Positions 63,146 through 64,000 of a DNA stretch of 64,000 nucleotides are shown here, piece by piece. The notes below the pieces were generated by a model. The model did not search any database. It was not told the DNA's origin and was given only the letters and a program-made list of their open reading frames with translations. The stretch spans positions 7,192,001 through 7,256,000 of the forward strand of contig CM102289.1 in assembly GCA_046563655.1 (NCBI GenBank), given 5' to 3'. The DNA comes from Yuukianura sp. NJ FZ-2021. Its lineage: Eukaryota. A program made the position numbers and the translations under genes. The first letter of the stretch is position 1; the number at the start of each line of letters is the position of its first letter.

Positions 63146-64000
63146 TTGCGCTAGAGAATAAAATGTTTTGCCAAAAGGCTACTCTAATTAATATTTCAAA
63201 TCTTCAGTGCATGTTGTAAGTTAAATCTAAGGTCAATTCTTTTTTGAGTTTTTCATTGCGCACAATCAACATAGACATTGAAAGACAAAATTGAAAAAGC
63301 ACATTGGAAATCAAAATTAAAGAAGAATTGGAAACCAGAAGTATAAAAGAACTGAAAGATAAAAAGTCCGTTAACACAATGAAAAGAAAATTTTCTGCAT
63401 GTTTTTTAATATGTTTCATCTAGAATCTTTAATTGAGTGTAAAATGGTTGAGAATTTACACGGTTTTCAGTACCATACAGAGTTCTAGGTAAAATATCGC
63501 GGAAAGTTTTGTACTTTTAATTTATTTGAAAATACATGTTTTATTACCACATATATCGGTGACGATTGAAATCGTCAAGGCCAACCTTACGAAATTTAAC
63601 TCTTGGATACCAAAAATTATTGTAAAACTTTAGAAAAATTTTCACACAGTCAGTAACATAACTTTTATTTCAAAAATGTTTTTAAATGAACATTTGAAAG
63701 TTATTGGGTAGAAAATTTGTATTGAAAATGTGTAGTAAACGTGTTCAAAAAAGTTTGTTTTATCGCTTTAAGTTTTCAATGTATTGTTCCAGTCCTTCCC
63801 AGTTGGCTGTATAGTCAATGTGTAGTTGACCTTGGGGGCCAACACTAAAATTTTTGTTTTTTGGGGGCTCCGGTTGCCCTTTACTTGCAGGAGCGTGTAA
63901 ACTTCTGCGCAGTCGTATGTAGTATGGATCTGTGAGTCCGATGTCCTTTGTGTCATCTTCATCTTCAAAAGTTGACACCAAGCTCGGAGAGTTTTCTTTG

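Larger units (their letters stand above)
52028..63574 (+). repeat. Recent tandem segmental duplication: unit 1 52028-57946, unit 2 57944-63574
   Basis: Near-identical long stretches (52290-53260 vs 58915-59895; CYP-D vs CYP-E; 57660-57946 vs 63285-63574); the junction shares a TCG microhomology. Confidence 0.92.

Noticed and set aside
63760..63981. Minus-strand ORF at the window end
   Set aside because: It may be the last exon of a gene outside the window, but it has no recognisable motif and too little sequence to call.

Overview
This is eukaryotic, AT-rich, gene-dense animal DNA with many short GT-AG introns. The gene set (CYP2-clan P450s, Tret1, Dof/BCAP-like adaptor, SMYD, GK5, TSPO) points to an arthropod, most plausibly a springtail; that assignment is inference. 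The left part (0.8-18 kb) carries three intron-bearing genes of apparent microbial origin: a cyanobacterial-type sucrose-phosphate-synthase-like GT4 enzyme, a secreted PQQ-type sugar dehydrogenase, and a fungal-type CorA Mg2+ transporter. The middle holds GK5, whose second intron contains a full-length LINE (ORF1-UGA-ORF2 in one frame) and a Harbinger MITE, followed by a Polinton-like non-autonomous element with a nested TRIM. The main finding is the right part (37-63 kb), a candidate animal terpenoid biosynthetic gene cluster. It has a microbial-type class I terpene synthase head-to-head with a P450, five full P450s with unusual active-site motifs, a second truncated terpene synthase, a secreted lipocalin-like protein, TSPO and a divergent GPCR. 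The cluster is being reshaped by a recent ~5.7 kb tandem duplication. No database searches were run; all family calls come from motif recognition.
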